A stretch of DNA of 64,000 nucleotides from Camelus ferus (taxonomy: Eukaryota): assembly GCF_009834535.1 (NCBI RefSeq), contig NC_045698.1:10108001-10172000 (forward strand), written 5' to 3'. Shown here piece by piece: positions 24,341-38,110 of the stretch (its first letter is position 1; each line of letters begins with the position of its first letter). Made by a program: the position numbers and the translations under genes. Below the pieces are notes generated by a model. The model searched no databases. It worked only from the letters and a program-made list of their open reading frames with translations, and was not told the origin of the DNA.

Positions 24341-25879
24341 ATGTGCCCTTTCCCTCCCTGATGGCGAGAGAGAGCAGAAATGATCCTCATTCTGTACAGC
24401 ATCCCACAAGGTCCTGTGTTATAATTCTCAGATCTTTAAAACAAAATATGTATATCCTTGTGTGCTGAAGAGGGAAGCTGTAATTTACAAGTCTCACACC
24501 AAACAAAAGTGGAATGAAAGATTCCAGGATAGAGCAAGCTTTTTTTTCCACGTTGGTCTGAGCCCTGTAATTTAGCTTCTATGCCTTTTCTTTTCTCACC
24601 TAATTAAAACTGGTGTTCCTTTTTACATCAGTAACCCTAGTAACCCCAGCTTCCCCACCGAGGTGTGTAGAGACTTCCTGGCTCCCACCGGTTTCTGTCT
24701 TGGGAGGACTCCCGTGGCCGCGCTGGTCCTCTGTTTCCCAGGCTGTGCTGACTTGGACTGCAGTGCTGGGGAGGAAGTCTCTGGCTGTCAAGGTTGGCTG
24801 AGGGAAGTTCGGGAAGGGTGGGGAGAGGCTGGCCGGGGAGGGAAGTTTTTCAGCCAGTTGCTCTGTGTGACACATTATAAAGGTTATTGGGGCTTCCTTT
24901 GTAACGAAGGAAGGGCACATGGGTGGGGGAGTGGGGAGGGGCCGGAGGCTGCTAAGCTGCTTTTGGGGGGCCAGTTTTGTAAGGTGGGTGTGGTAACTCC
25001 TGGGATCTCTATATTTAGCGTTTTTGCTGCAGCCACTCATTTCTTTGCTGTTATTCATGGAAATGTGCACAGAGAGGATGACTGTGGTTAATTTCCCACA
25101 CTCTCAGTGAGGTAACTCTTGGGTACGTGTTCTAGGTTTTCCTATTTGTGGGGTGCATTTTCATCCCCCCTCACATGTGGAGCCTGATTTTATGGGATGC
25201 TAGCTCAGGTTTAGCCCACGTGCAACTCCCAGCATCATGTCCATACTGTGAGCACGTTCTGTGTTTGTGTCTCGGAGCAACTCCTCATCTACCGTGGACT
25301 TTTAATATTTCAGCCAGAGGATGGCTGAAATGCTGGCACTTGAGTGTAGACATTATATAATCCGAAGGGAATTGTACTCTTAAAATCTACTTTTCACTTC
25401 CTCCTGGTTTTCTCAAGGAGTTTCTAAACATTTCAAGTTTTTTTGTTTTTGTTTAATCCTTGCTTTTTAAAAATTTGTGGAATTAAAAAAGTATGGTTGG
25501 CCTGCTGCTTTGGGGGAGATACGTGCTTTTGACATGCTGTTTTAGTTTATCTTTGATTTTAAACCAACAGAGAAGGTACAAGGCTCAAATCTATATCAGC
25601 TTAGTCGAATTGAGATTTCACTGTACTTTTTTTTTTGACTGTTTAGTTGGTTCACGTCTTCATTGTTGATTACATTTAACGTTTGTTCAGGTTTTTTGAG
25701 GGGGATGGGCAGGTAGCTTTGTTTTGAGAAGCCAGAACTCATGTTCAGAGAAGAACTCAGCTTCCAGAATTGTTGCTATTTCACCACAGGTGAATCCGCT
25801 CCCTGCCTCCCCTCCTCCCCTTTCTGGACACACACACACACACAGAAACACATGTGTTTATATATATATTTTATATATA

Positions 25880-27490
25880 TACTAAATTTACATGTTATTT
25901 TGTTTCTGAACTATTTGAGAGTAAGTTACAGAAGAGAGATGCCCTTAACCTCGAAAAGGTGGTTAAATAGAATTTTCTAAGAGCAAGGACATTGTCTTAC
26001 ATAATGACCCAAATCAGGACATTAATTTTGATATAATATTATTATCTGAATCTACTGATTTTAATAACATTTCACCAGTTGTTCCAGAAACATCCTTTTT
26101 GGGGATTAAAAAAATATTGGCAGTCTAGCATTTTATCTGGGACCACATATTACATACAGTTGTCATGTCTCTTTGGTTTTCTTTAATTTGGAACATTTCC
26201 CTACTTTGTCTCTCTCTGACCTTGATATTTTTGAAGATCCTAGCCCGTTCTTTGGAAGACTATCCCTCAGTTTGTGTTTTATGATTCCGTCCCACCAGGT
26301 TCAGGTCGCGCCTTTGTGGCAGAAGGCTGCGTCCTGCCCAGAGCGCAGGGACACAGCTGTCAACGGCCCACTGGGACGTTCATTCCGTCATTTGGTTCAG
26401 ATGGTGACTACTAGGTTTCCCCACTGTGTTTTTCCCTTGTGATGAGCGTTTTGTGGGGAGGTAATTGGAGACTACGTAAAATCCTGCTCCTTTCCCAACT
26501 TTCCCTTGCTGGTTGTAGTCTCGGTGATGACTTTTGCCTGAATGTTACTAGGTTACTATGATGTAAAATGGTGCTTTTTCTTTTTTTTTAATTTAAAAAA
26601 TTTTAAATTTATTATTATTATTTTTGTTTGTTTTGGGGGAGGTTATTAGGTATTTATTTTGATGGAGGTGCTGGAGATTGAACCCAGGGCCTTGTGCATG
26701 CTAGGTGTGCGTGCTCTACCACTCAGCTGTATCCTCGCCGTAAAATGGTGATATTTCTAACTTCATTATTCCTTCGTATTTTGTTGGCTTTCTGCTATAA
26801 GGAGGAGCCTTTCCTTCTGCCCCACTTATTTTTCCAAGTGTGGCCTCATGGATTCTGTTTTACTCAGTGGATTATAGTCCTTTGCTGTCATTATTTAGTT
26901 TGATGCTCAGCTTTTCCAAGATCTGATCAGTGATGTCCTTTCAGGCTGGCCCCTTTATTTTTTGTGACCTGTGCCCTTTATTTTTTGAGCGCTCTCTTGT
27001 TTTCTGACACAATAAGATGTTCCAGGTTTATGTTGTCCTTTCCTGACTCCAGCCCTGAAATCAGCCATTTCTCTAAGGAGCCTGGTTCATTTTAGCAGAA
27101 AGCTGTGGTAAGAAACTCAGTCTGGGCACTCAGTGTGCTTATTGCTTCTGGGCTGTCGTTACTTTTAGCACCTCTCAGTGCGCAGAGCTAGGAAGCAGGG
27201 AGTGTGTGTATATGTACACACACATATATGCACACATACACACATCACGTACGTAGGTGTCCCAATCTCTTTGTGCACATATCAACCTATAATAAAAACT
27301 GCAAGTTTATACTCATCCCTTCAGTTCTGGTGCAGTATTACAGACAGTGTTTAAGTCTTCCCTTCCCCAAATTTGTAATTCCCTTCTCTGACAGCGAGGG
27401 CTCCTTTTATCCTCAGTGTCTTTACTGATTTACTCAGTCCTAGAAAATGCAGAAAGTAGTTTCAAAATGCTTAGCCATACCACTGTGACA
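25880..27490 (-). mobile_element. Old L1 (L1MC4/L1ME-like) 3' region, interrupted by a Vic-1 SINE
   Basis: TTTCTGAACTATTTGAGAGTAAGTT, CTAAGAGCAAGGACATT and CACAATAAGATGTTCCAGG motifs. Confidence 0.8.
26574..26739 (-). mobile_element. Camelid tRNA-derived SINE (Vic-1 type) with 11-bp TSD
   Basis: Reverse complement reads GAGGATACAGCTGAGTGGTAGAGCACGCACACCTAGCATGCACAAGGCCCTGGGTTCAATCTCCAGCACCTCCA plus an A-rich tail. TSD GTAAAATGGTG at 26563-26573 and 26740-26750. Confidence 0.9.
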
Positions 27491-28425
27491 AATGAACCTA
27501 CATCTTCAAGTTGAAACTGTTCAAATTGGCAGTTAGCGGTCAGCTTCTGTTCAGCTCCATGCCTTGTCACTTAGTCACCCAAAGAAAACAGATGAAGTCA
27601 TGCGCTGGAACTCCCCTGAGGCATGTTTAAGAAAAGAGCTGCCAGACTCCATCAGCAGCTCACTTTCTGGGGATGTGGAAGCACAAAAGTGAAAAATAAG
27701 GAGTTGCCAAAAAAGAAAAGGAGATTAATTTCTAATAAGTATGGCTTATAAAGATGACACCTGTCGTGGAAAAAACAGTTTATCCTCTTCATCTCCTTGT
27801 ACTAATTGCCAGAAGAGAGGAGAAGGAAAGCGCTGAGATGGTAAGAATGAATAATGCGGCGTGCGGGATGGGGGGGGGGGAACGGGCACGTGTCAGGATG
27901 AGGGTGGGGCGGGTCTTTTTGCAGGATCCTTAACATGTTCCGAGGAGGGAACAGAGCAGAGTTCGTATGTTAGAATGAGTTATGAGTCACGATTTGAGAG
28001 ACTTGCCTGGTGCCCTTCATTGACTGAATGTTTCTTCCCAGTGAATTTAATGCAGCTCTTTGGGTTCTGCTTCAGTGGGGATTTCTGGGAAGTGTGTGTG
28101 TGCACTCAGTTCTAGCAACCATGGACCACTGGGTGCAGATCTTTTGTTACAGGCAAAGTGAGTACTTGCTGTTCAGTGTTTTGCTCCATTAAATGATGAC
28201 ATCGAACATGGGCCCTTGATTTTAGGGAGGCAGTCTTAGTTTCATACACTGTGTTCTCTATTTTCTGTGACTGTCCTCGTGCTTGTTAGATTGTGCTCTG
28301 GAAAATTCATCCCCTGTAATTCTATAAGCCCTTCTTACTACTAGACATTTTAGCAAGAAAGAAGAATCATGATTTGCTTATTTAGTATTTTAAGCCTTTT
28401 GATTTAGAAAGAGAGTAGAAGGTCA

Positions 28426-28598
28426 TGACTGCTAATGGATCAAACATTCTGGGGAAAGGTTTTTGGGTGCTGAAGATGTTCTGGGATTAGCTAGTGGTCA
28501 TAGTTGTACAACATTGTGAATATAGTAAAACCGACTGAATTGTACAGTTTAAAAGGGTGAATTTTATAGTGTGTGAGTTATATATCAATAAAAAAAAG
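28426..28598 (+). mobile_element. L1MB-like 3' terminal fragment with polyA
   Basis: GTTGTACAACATTGTGAATATAGTAAAACC.ACTGAATTGTACAGTTTAAAAGGGTGAATTTTATAGTGTGTGAGTTATATATCAATAAAAAAAA. Confidence 0.88.
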
Positions 28599-30769
28599 TT
28601 ATGGCTGAATTGGCAATATTTCAGATTCTTAACCAGCTTCATTTATCAAGTGGTTACAACCACCGGCTATTTAATTTTCACAGCCCCCTGCAAGGTAGGC
28701 AGTGACACCCAATTTTATACCTGAGGGAGGAGGCTCAGAGAGGTTTTTACTTCCTGCAGGTTAATAGCTATTAAGGGTGGATAGGAGGGTGCCGAGTGCA
28801 CAGGGGTGGTCTCCCAAAGGTGGGTGTCGTGGGTGGAAAGGAGAGTCTGCCTGCTGAGGCTTCGTCCTGCGGTGCCATGCACATCACCCTGAGGTCTGTG
28901 ACACCATTCGGGGAGCTGTCTACATCTCTTGTTTTAGTGTCAGGGAGAGGAAAAAAAGAAATCACTCCTTTTTGAAGGAGAGCATTGTGGATAAGATCTG
29001 ACTGGGCTTCAGCTGTGATTTGATGGTATATTTGGTAATTTCTTAGAAAACGTTGGATTAACTATTCCCTGAATTGAAAATTTCAGAGAGTCTCAGTCAA
29101 AAAGTAAAGGACAGACTTTGCTTCCCAACAGGTGGTGTATTTGGGGTCAGTGTGTATTTCACACTGATATATTTTGGGACAGCACACCTGAAATGGTGCG
29201 AGCTGATGACACTTAGTCTCCCTGTTAGCGTTCCAGGGAAGCCGAAGGGAGAGGCAGCTTTGTGCTGTGCTCCTACTGAATATGGTCTGAGCGTTAAAAA
29301 TTGCAGCCAGGGTTCTCCTGCTAGTGTCAGTTCTGTGTTCGCGAACATTGGAGTCAGCTCTGCTCACTCGCGTATGGGATCAGGAGTACTGGTTAGATTC
29401 CAAGGCAGAATCTGCATTAATTTGCATAAAATCGCATATGCTCTGTTGCAAGAATTTTCATTGTGCCCATTTTAGAATTGAGTTGACACTTCATACAGAG
29501 TATTTTAGCTTCACTTAGAAGGAGACATCTCAGAAAGAAGAAGAATTTGTGTGGCTTTGAAGTTGCTTTTGGGCATGGTCCCTGAAAGAAAGGAACCACT
29601 GAAGACTTTCGTTCTTTTTAGCACTTTGAAATCTCTTCTCCTGATTAGACGTATTAGAAACACGTAAGGCAGGTTGGGGCTTTGTCTGCTGTGTGGCCTG
29701 CTGGCAAAGGGACCAGAGGTCTGGTGGAACAGGAGCTTTCCTGCTGGGTGATGACCTTTTTTATGATGTTTGGTCTGTCATCTTTGTTTCTCAGTTTCAG
29801 ATGCCTAGCTCAGAATTACTTAGCACTTGAAGTGGTTTTCATCTTCAAAGGACTTTATGGGCATTATTTAATGTATGTGGCACGGTGTAGTGAATGAGCT
29901 GTTTATCCTTTGAACAGTGTCAGTGTGCTAGGTCCCATACAGCTGGAGAAGACAAAAATAATATTCTGGCCAGTGGGAGTTTATATTCTAAAGAGGCAAG
30001 ATGATTAGGCAGGTTCTCTCTTCTGGCCTCTTTTAAAAATGTGCTGGGGAATAACGGAGAAATTAAAATTGAAAGAGATCAACAAGCTCGTGTCCACCTA
30101 ATTGGAATTGCTCTCAAGGTGAAAATGAAATTTGAGATGCTCTTAAGAGGACCTAGTCTATTAGCTCTCATTTATCACACATTTATTGATAGACATAGTG
30201 TTTGTCCTGTGTCACAGATGAGAATTTTGGTAAAGCTAGGGCAGAGACATTTTCAGTTCTTTTTCTGCCACCCCCAAATCCTCTTTTTCTTTGCCTGGTG
30301 TAGGAACGTCCTTTGTAACCAAGGCCACGTGTGAGTCACAAATGCAGTTTTCTGAGTTTCAGACCTAGTCAGTCCATCCGCCTTATCTGGGCCGGCCTCA
30401 AGGGAAGCTTCTGGACGTCTTGTGCCTTCAGCCTCTCAAGCCCCCACTGCACAGCCCACACCATGTCCGTGCTCTATCCTGTTTCTGTCTTTGGTGTTCC
30501 CGCCTCTTCTTGGTTTTCCTAACTCAGCTGCAGCATCCCTTCCCTTGGGAAACTGCACCGTCTGTCTTACCCGGGTCTCACCGGCGTCAGTGTCGGCACA
30601 GTACCTTGTCAAGACCGCATTCTGGTCCTTTGGGTTGTGATCGTTTCGGTGAGTGTGAGCTGCTGGGTCTCCCCCGGGGGCAGCTCCAAGGGAGGCGCAG
30701 TGAACGCTCATTGTGATTTACGCTCTTGGTTCCTTAACCCAGACTAGGACAGAGACACCTAAAAAGTTT

Positions 30770-30890
30770 TTTAAAATTACAGAATCTCTAGCAATTTGCA
30801 TTTAGTAGTTCTAGAGTGGGGCCCTGGAATCTGTATTTTGAAAAAACCCTACTGGTGATTCAGATGCACAGGTCAGGATAGGAACCACTG
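30770..30890. mobile_element. MER5A-like hAT-Charlie MITE fragment
   Basis: GTGGGGCCCTGGAATCTGTATTTTGAAAAA..GGTGATTCAGATGCAC..GGAACCACTG. Confidence 0.75.
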
Positions 30891-31981
30891 AGCTGTGCCA
30901 GGGTGCGCATGTTGGTTTTGGGTTATACAGCCATGGCCAGTGTTGTGTAAGGTATGATGTGCAGTGTGAGGACCAGGTCACTTACACGTCCGAAGGGGTT
31001 GGAGAAAGTGAATGCAGTCCACTTACGATGGGACATCCTTCCTGAGGGAGAAGACCCTGGCTCCTTGAGGAGCTCACCGACCAGTCTGGCTCTGTGCTGT
31101 GTGAACAGACTGAATGCATGATGGGCCCTCCAGACTCGCTCTTGAAGTCACTGTGTTGCCATAGAGATGTTATGTAGTGTTGAAGGAGATTAGAGAAATC
31201 ATATCGTAAATTATCAGCACAGATGGCTTGTAATTTAACACTCTCCTAGCCCATATTCTTTGTACTGATACTTGAGAACATTTAAAAATATCAGTGCTTG
31301 CTTTGTTTTTCACCTGTAAAAATGGCAGAGTTCACACCATGATTTAAAATGGGGATTATATATGCACATAAAATAAACAGTGGCAGTGATGGTAGGTGGG
31401 GAGAATATTTAAAGCATTTGGGGAGTGGCCGCTTCACCTCAGCTTTGAGAACTCACATAGAATTTGCTTCTTTTTTTTGGTCCACTTAGAGATTTCATAC
31501 TCTTCCATATTATTTTGATAGCAGTAGTCAGGCATAATTTTTATCTTCTGGCTTAATAGTAAAAGGAGTATTACAAGATTAGATTCAGTGTAGATTCAGG
31601 CAGCATACTCACTTTCAAGGTATTTTATATGTCATCAACCACGTGAAGGATATTTTCCATAAGAGGACCTCTAAAACTTTTTATCTTTCCCTGTTCTAGT
31701 CTGTGGATTGATGTGCAGCTCTTAAAGATTGCATCTCTCAGAAGGACAGTAGTTCTTTGACTCTTTTAGGGAACTGCAGCTTGACTGGAGTTCTGAAGCA
31801 TGTGCACGTGTATGCGTACACAGACACACTGACAATTTACATTGTGCAAATAAGCAGAGTGGATATATATCAAAACCACTTCAGATTAGGAAATGACAAT
31901 CTTATTATGTAATTTAAAAATTCAGTAAAGCTTAGTTTGTTTTTTAGGTGCTTGTATTTACACATTAGCACATAATTTTTA

Positions 31982-32095
31982 TTTAATTATTTATTTTATT
32001 AATTTAAGCTTTATTTATAAAATTTGTATTTTATTTATTTATATTAAAATTTTATTTAATTATGTATGGAGGTACTGAGCTATGCCCATCCCCCA
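31982..32095 (-). mobile_element. Internally deleted Vic-1-type SINE with TSD
   Basis: Reverse complement GGGGGATGGGCATAGCTCAGTACCTCCA plus an AT-rich tail; flanked by AG(C/A)ACATAATTTTTA at 31967-31981 and 32096-32110. Confidence 0.75.
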
Positions 32096-34394
32096 AGAAC
32101 ATAATTTTTAGATTAAAAAAAAGTTCTCACATTCTTAAAGTATTCAGGAGTCTTAACAGGCTATCCCTACATACATTTTCATGAGGTTCATTTCTTATGT
32201 GCCATATGTTAACAGTTATTTCTGAACCCCCCCTCCCCCCCAAAACAAGGAAGTTTTCCAGTCTCCAGACAGTTCCTGACTTGCTTATATGTGAATATGT
32301 ATTTTAAGCTGAGTCCAGACATTAACAGTGCAGGGCACTCCTCTTTCAACCCTCTTCTCTGCCTGTGTAAGTATCCTTTGTGAGCCTGTGCTGCTGGTAC
32401 TGATGGTGGTTTCTGATGCCACTCAGAGGTGGAACAGGTAGGTCGGTTGCAAACCCCAGTTCTGTTGAGTGTAGTGACTCCTCCTTCAGGATGAATCATG
32501 CAGATGACTTAAGTCTTCTGACACTTCTGTGTCAGTGCTAGTAAATTTAAAAAAAAAAAAAGCTTGATAATTGTATCAAAAAGCATCTGAAAAATAATCT
32601 TATCATAGGCCTTAGAGCCATTACAGGAGCAAGGCGGGAAATGTGGGATTAAGCCCTAATTTCTTTGATAAGCGTGGCTCACTACTTGGCAAGGTTGGCT
32701 CAGCCTCCTGGGAGCTGCCCTGTGGCAGTCTGCTGGCACTGGCTTGAATGAATCGGGATGAAATTGCCCAATTATTGAAATGGATGACTTGAGGGGAGGT
32801 TATTTGGCTCGTAAAACCACCTGTCACAGAAATTAGGCAAAACTAGTGGTAGAATCTGCCCAGGATCCGATTTGCATCCAGGGCAGAAAGGCTCCTGCTG
32901 CCTACGCCCAGGACCCGTCTTCCTGAGGTTGCTTCAGGAAGACTGTGGACAGTGACCTCCCAGCCAGTGGGATTTGGAGAATCACTGGGTGTCTTTCCAT
33001 GAGCTTACCCCTCTTTTGTAGGGAAGGCTAATCTTTTCTCTTTGGAAGAATTGGAAAGAATCCTGTATCGTTCCTTTCAGCGAGCCCATCGGCGTTGATG
33101 TGCTTGTCTTTTTCCTCTAATAAGCCTCTCAGCTCATTCCCTTGATTGTTGGTTACCTCGGCAGTAGTGTCCTCATTGCAGTGTCTGTGTGTTCAACTCA
33201 GATTCAGCCGTTTACACATAGTGCCCTGAAGTGTCGCTGTTATTTTGCCTGTTGAGTTACTTGTTAGACACACTAAGGGCGCGGGCAGCCCCGAGGACCA
33301 CGGGCAGCAGAACAGGTGGGCCCTTCCCAGTCGGCCCTGGATGTGCAGTGGCCATGGAGCTCGCCATCTCTCAGTGAAGGAAGGACGCTCTCTAGGAGAA
33401 CAAATGAATGCAAGAAACCCTTACCCCCCACCCCTACCCCCTTAAACTTCCCAGAAGCTGTATTTTATTTCATTCTCCCTGTTGACCATCCGTCTTCCGA
33501 GGCTCTGTGTCTCGGCATGCCCTTCAGAGGGACTTTCCTCTCTTTAGCAGAGTGATTCACCCCGAGGTCATCCTCACGGCCTAGCCTTCCTTCCCCAAAC
33601 AGAGCCCCATCTGCCCAGAAGTAAGGTTTTCAAAAAGGCCCCTGAACTCTGTAAATAGCTGTCACCAGGGCCCTCACTCTGAGCTGTGCGCGCCCTCACC
33701 GCTGTGTCATTCTGAACCCTGCGTCTCTGGGCTTTCTAGCTCCCAGAGGACGTTAAGTCAGCCAAGAGGGGATGGATGGTGGCCCCCAGGGGCACGTGCA
33801 CTGATTCCAGACCTGTTGAAGTGATGACTGCCTTTCTTCATTGAAGGGACTCTACCTTTCCTTTTTAATCCCTCTTTTTCTCATTTCTTCCCTTTCCCTG
33901 CATTTCTGTCTTGTCTCTTCTCTGACCACTTGAGAATGACAGTGTTGCACATGGCCGCTGCTGGACTTGGCTGGAGGTAGTCCAGAGTTTTATTTCTGGA
34001 CAGGAATTTAGGGAGAGATTCCTGGGGAGAGTCTAGATGATGCACTGGTACCGAAGTACAGTCTTAAACCCTTGGAGCATCCCCTCTCTGTCCCCAGGCC
34101 CCTCGCGCTGAGTCGTCTTCTGCGTGTCCCCTTCTGTCTACTGTGCCTCTTCACTTCGCAGGGCCCAGGACTCTGAATCTCTTTCTTCTCGACCCCTCTT
34201 TAACCAGTTTTATCTAATATAAAATTTGCATTTTATGATGATTTTAATAAACTTAGTTTAGCAAGCAGACCCAATAGCTCTCATTTTGGGGGTAATTTAA
34301 TTCCTTCCCCTAAACTATGGTGTTATTATTCATTGTAATTCAGTTTGACTCACAGTCACCCTGGCATCATGTAATTTCTTCCTGATATTTTATT

Positions 34395-34500
34395 TTCTAA
34401 GCTGTAATTTACATCGAGGCAAAATCTTATTCATGTTTGCATCCCCAGCACCCAGCACACAGTCGGTGCTAACTAGATGTCAGCTGGATGAATGAACAAG
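34395..34500 (+). mobile_element. L2 3' end fragment
   Basis: TGCATCCCCAGCACCCAGCACAGT..TGGATGAATGAA. Confidence 0.65.
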
Positions 34501-37500
34501 TGCACGCACATCCCCATGTCCAAGGGCGGGAGGCTGCCGGGAATTGGTGACTGTTAAGTCGGCAGAGGTGGGCTAGAGGCCCAGACACTTCTATGGTGTA
34601 AGGTCGTCTCCCGCAGAGAGCATCCTCCCTTTTCCTTGTTTGGCTGTGTGCATGTTGCTGCTATTGATCTCCGTACTGTTGTTTGCTGTTACTAATTAGT
34701 TGCTTCTCAAGACTCACACCTCTCGCACTTGGATTGTGCCTCCAGTGAAATCCCCGTCCCTGGACGGGCCAGGCTCACTGCAGGCCCTCATCAGTGCTTG
34801 CTGGCTGATTACTGGGTTTGATCAGTCACAGAGGAGGCTGAAGCAGCATCTTTCCTCAAGGTTTTCCTTTGAGATTTAAGGTCTGATTTGTTGCCTCTGA
34901 CTGTTTTTTTTTTTTTTCACTGAGTTGATTTCCCGATGAGCAGACTGTGCAAAGGTCACGCCGGGGAAAGACAGCGCGCTGGTGAGATTGTCTGAGCTCT
35001 TGGGAATGTCTTCACAGGAGAGCTTTCCATGAGCCTGTCAAGAATGTTTCAGGTTCTTCTTGGTCTTCCCTTTCCCATACTTCGCTTCCATTTCTGGGAC
35101 TTACCCTCCCATCTTTTTTAAGGCTGGAGTTAACATGAATCTGAAAACAGGCCACAGGGCCTTTTAAAATTATACACATCAATATGAGGCCAACCCAGAT
35201 TTTCATAACTAGGTCAAGATGTTTCTACAGAGTCGGGTTTCAAAAGCACTCTATTCTTTAAAGAAAAAGGTGTCTTAAGGAAAGATGACCAGTGTTCAAA
35301 GCTTAGCTGTTGGCAGGGCCCAAGGATCCTAGCTGCTGGAAGATGCTGATTTCTGGGGCCTGCCTTGGATGGGGAGCCCGCTGTAGGCCAGGTGTGGGGT
35401 GAGGCCGGGGCTGGGTGTGAAAGAGGAAGGCCAGCCGCAGACCTGTAAGGAGCTCTTGGTCCCGGAGAAGCAGTTTGGTTCCGACTGTGGGCCTGGAGGA
35501 GCCCGTGGCGGCATTCTACCCACAGAGGGTGGCGGAGACAGTTTTTTTTTTTTTTTCAGTCACGCAAATTCTCTTTCTGTACCTAACTACTGAACAGTCA
35601 TTTCTTACTTACAGAGAGTGACTTAAATCTCTCCCCAAAGTTCCTTTTCTTGATGATTGTGCTTTTTTGTCTCTATGTCAGAATCAACTGATCCTAGTGT
35701 GATATTGGGAGGGTATTCAAACCGTAGCAAATCAGGAAGGGAAGAAACTGCGGTGGGATTTGCGAGGTGGTTCCTCACAGTTACCAGAGAATAGATACCC
35801 TTGAAGAATGGTGATAATTTCAGGCAAGATCCTTGGAAAAGTTTCTAGGATAACTCCGTGTTATGTTTGTAAAATTGAAAAGTCTGAGTAGCTCTGAAAG
35901 CTGGCTGTGTTCGCAGGTGTCAGCATCCACAGCACCACACCCAAGCACATCATCCTGAAGTCAGTGAAATGCTTTATCGCCGATTTCATGGACCTTACCA
36001 TCCCTGAAGAGTGCATGCGCATGTGTTGAATCCACCAGCCAGTTTTCTGTGCTATTAACAGCCTCATGCAAGAGATGCCTTTTAAGTTTACCTTGAAGTC
36101 CCCAAATGGGGATGTCCCACATAGGTGAACTGAGGAGAGACTCTCCACAAAGACTTGTACTTGATTTTCAAGAGGGTTGATTTCTAATCTGTTGTTTCCC
36201 CGTGGTAGAATGACTTGCTTTTGTTGTCTAGCGCTGGAAAGTGCTTGTGTGTGCGTATCTGCTCCTGCTCCTGATTCGGAATGTGGCCCGTTAAGCTAGG
36301 CTTTAGTGTGTTGGATTTATTTGGCCTGTTTGACCTGTTGGTGGGTGCCAGGGCTTAAGAGTTCATGCTAAAATTTGCAATAGAAGTTTAAATTCATGTT
36401 CCTGTACTTACATCTTTTTCATTTTAATTAGTGCTCTATGTTTCAGCCTGATTTTTGGAATAACCTATGTTGAAATGCAAATTTATTGTTGGAAATGTCA
36501 CCCAGAAACCCAGGTCTGTCTGGTGGCACTCTCCTGGGGCAGGCCATGCCCTTTGCCCCCAAGGTGGGAAGAGAGCCTTGAAGCCAGGAGGCCTTTACCA
36601 ATTTCCCCCCTGGATCTGATAGCCAGTGCTCACAGCCACTAGGTGACCTCTGCAGCTGGGGTGTTAGGGCCACTATTACAGGTTTATATTTTTGACTCCT
36701 ATGGTTGAATTTTTCCTTTTTAATTAGGTTATTTGAGGTGAGTGCATGGATTAAGTTCCTTGTTCTTTGTGTAAGACAGAATTAAAGGGAAATTAAAGAC
36801 ACCTGAGTCTGCTTTTTTCATCACCTCTGTTATGTTCACACTGGGTATTAAGGCCGCCTTATTCCATTCTTCTTTCTTTTGCAAATGGAAAGGTCCTCAT
36901 TTTGTTTTTACATCATGTTCTTCCTCACGAGGTTTTGACAGTACAAGAGTTGTGTTTTTAAGAAGGTGTTCCCACGCTGCCATTTCCTTTTCTTTTGCAG
37001 GATGGTGTCATTTCTGTTGATCACTAATTGGTATGTCTGAATCTCTCTCCTTTGATTCCAGTTATTATTTATAGTGACTTTAAAATGAGAGATTTTGTTT
37101 CAAAGGTGAAAAATTTGAATTACTGCTGTAACTTTACCACTGAGTCCCAGGAAATAGCTTGCCCTCTTTCATAAATAGGCTTCTCTTGTGGATAATGATA
37201 TATCAAGTCTATGATGATCTTTGTTTTGTTCAACTGGAGTTCTTGAGTTATCGTCATAAAATGCATGTCAGGGAAATGCTGTGTAACTTGTTTGCGTTTA
37301 TTTTGTGCAGTGGTGGTAATAAAATTGTTTTCTAAACTTAATTATGGTTTCTCATATTGGATTCGTAGTGATGAGTTCCTAAAAAAAGAATTACCCACTA
37401 GTAGATTGATACTTCCTTTTGGGAAATGAAAAGTGATAAGTACTTAATGGCGTTTTAGGATTAGCTTGAAAATATCTGTAAGTTGATAGTACTTGGATCG

Positions 37501-38057
37501 TCAAGTGTTGTCACCAGCTGTAGAGTGATTTGGTAATTAGACAAAGTATTTTTGAAGGGGTTTATTATTAAAAGCAAATGGTAGCCAGTTTTGATAGGTG
37601 AAAAATTATTTGAGAAAAACAGGATTCCAGGTGATTAAATGGAGAGCAGATGAAGTCGGGGAGAAGAGGACGTGGAGGAGGATGGGCAACCAGGCCGCGT
37701 GTTGGGGTCTTAAAGAAATGCCTTATAGATGCATTTATACTCTTGGTATTTTCTGTATTTTACTCAAACCAGAGATTCCGGTTGTTGTAACGTGTTTTAG
37801 ATTTTTTTTTTAAGTTTCATATTAAACATATAAAAGTTCTTTGTGATAGCTTTGTGATGTAGATACTAGTTAGCTTCTTCCTTTTTAATTGAAAAAACAC
37901 ATTCAGTGGAGAGAGTGTAGTAATTTGTATATACTAGAGTTAGAAAGTTTTGGTTTTATTTAAGAATTTGATACACATGCTTTGGTAGCCTTTAGCTAGT
38001 CACTGAACCCTTTGCCATTCACTGTTACCATTATTTAAGACAGCCTTTAATGCTCGC

Positions 38058-38110
38058 TTATTCGTTTATGCAGCATTTATTGAACACCTACTATGTGCTA
38101 TGCAGTCAGT
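38058..38110 (-). mobile_element. L2 3' end fragment
   Basis: CAGCATTTATTGAACACCTACTATGTGCTA. Confidence 0.65.
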
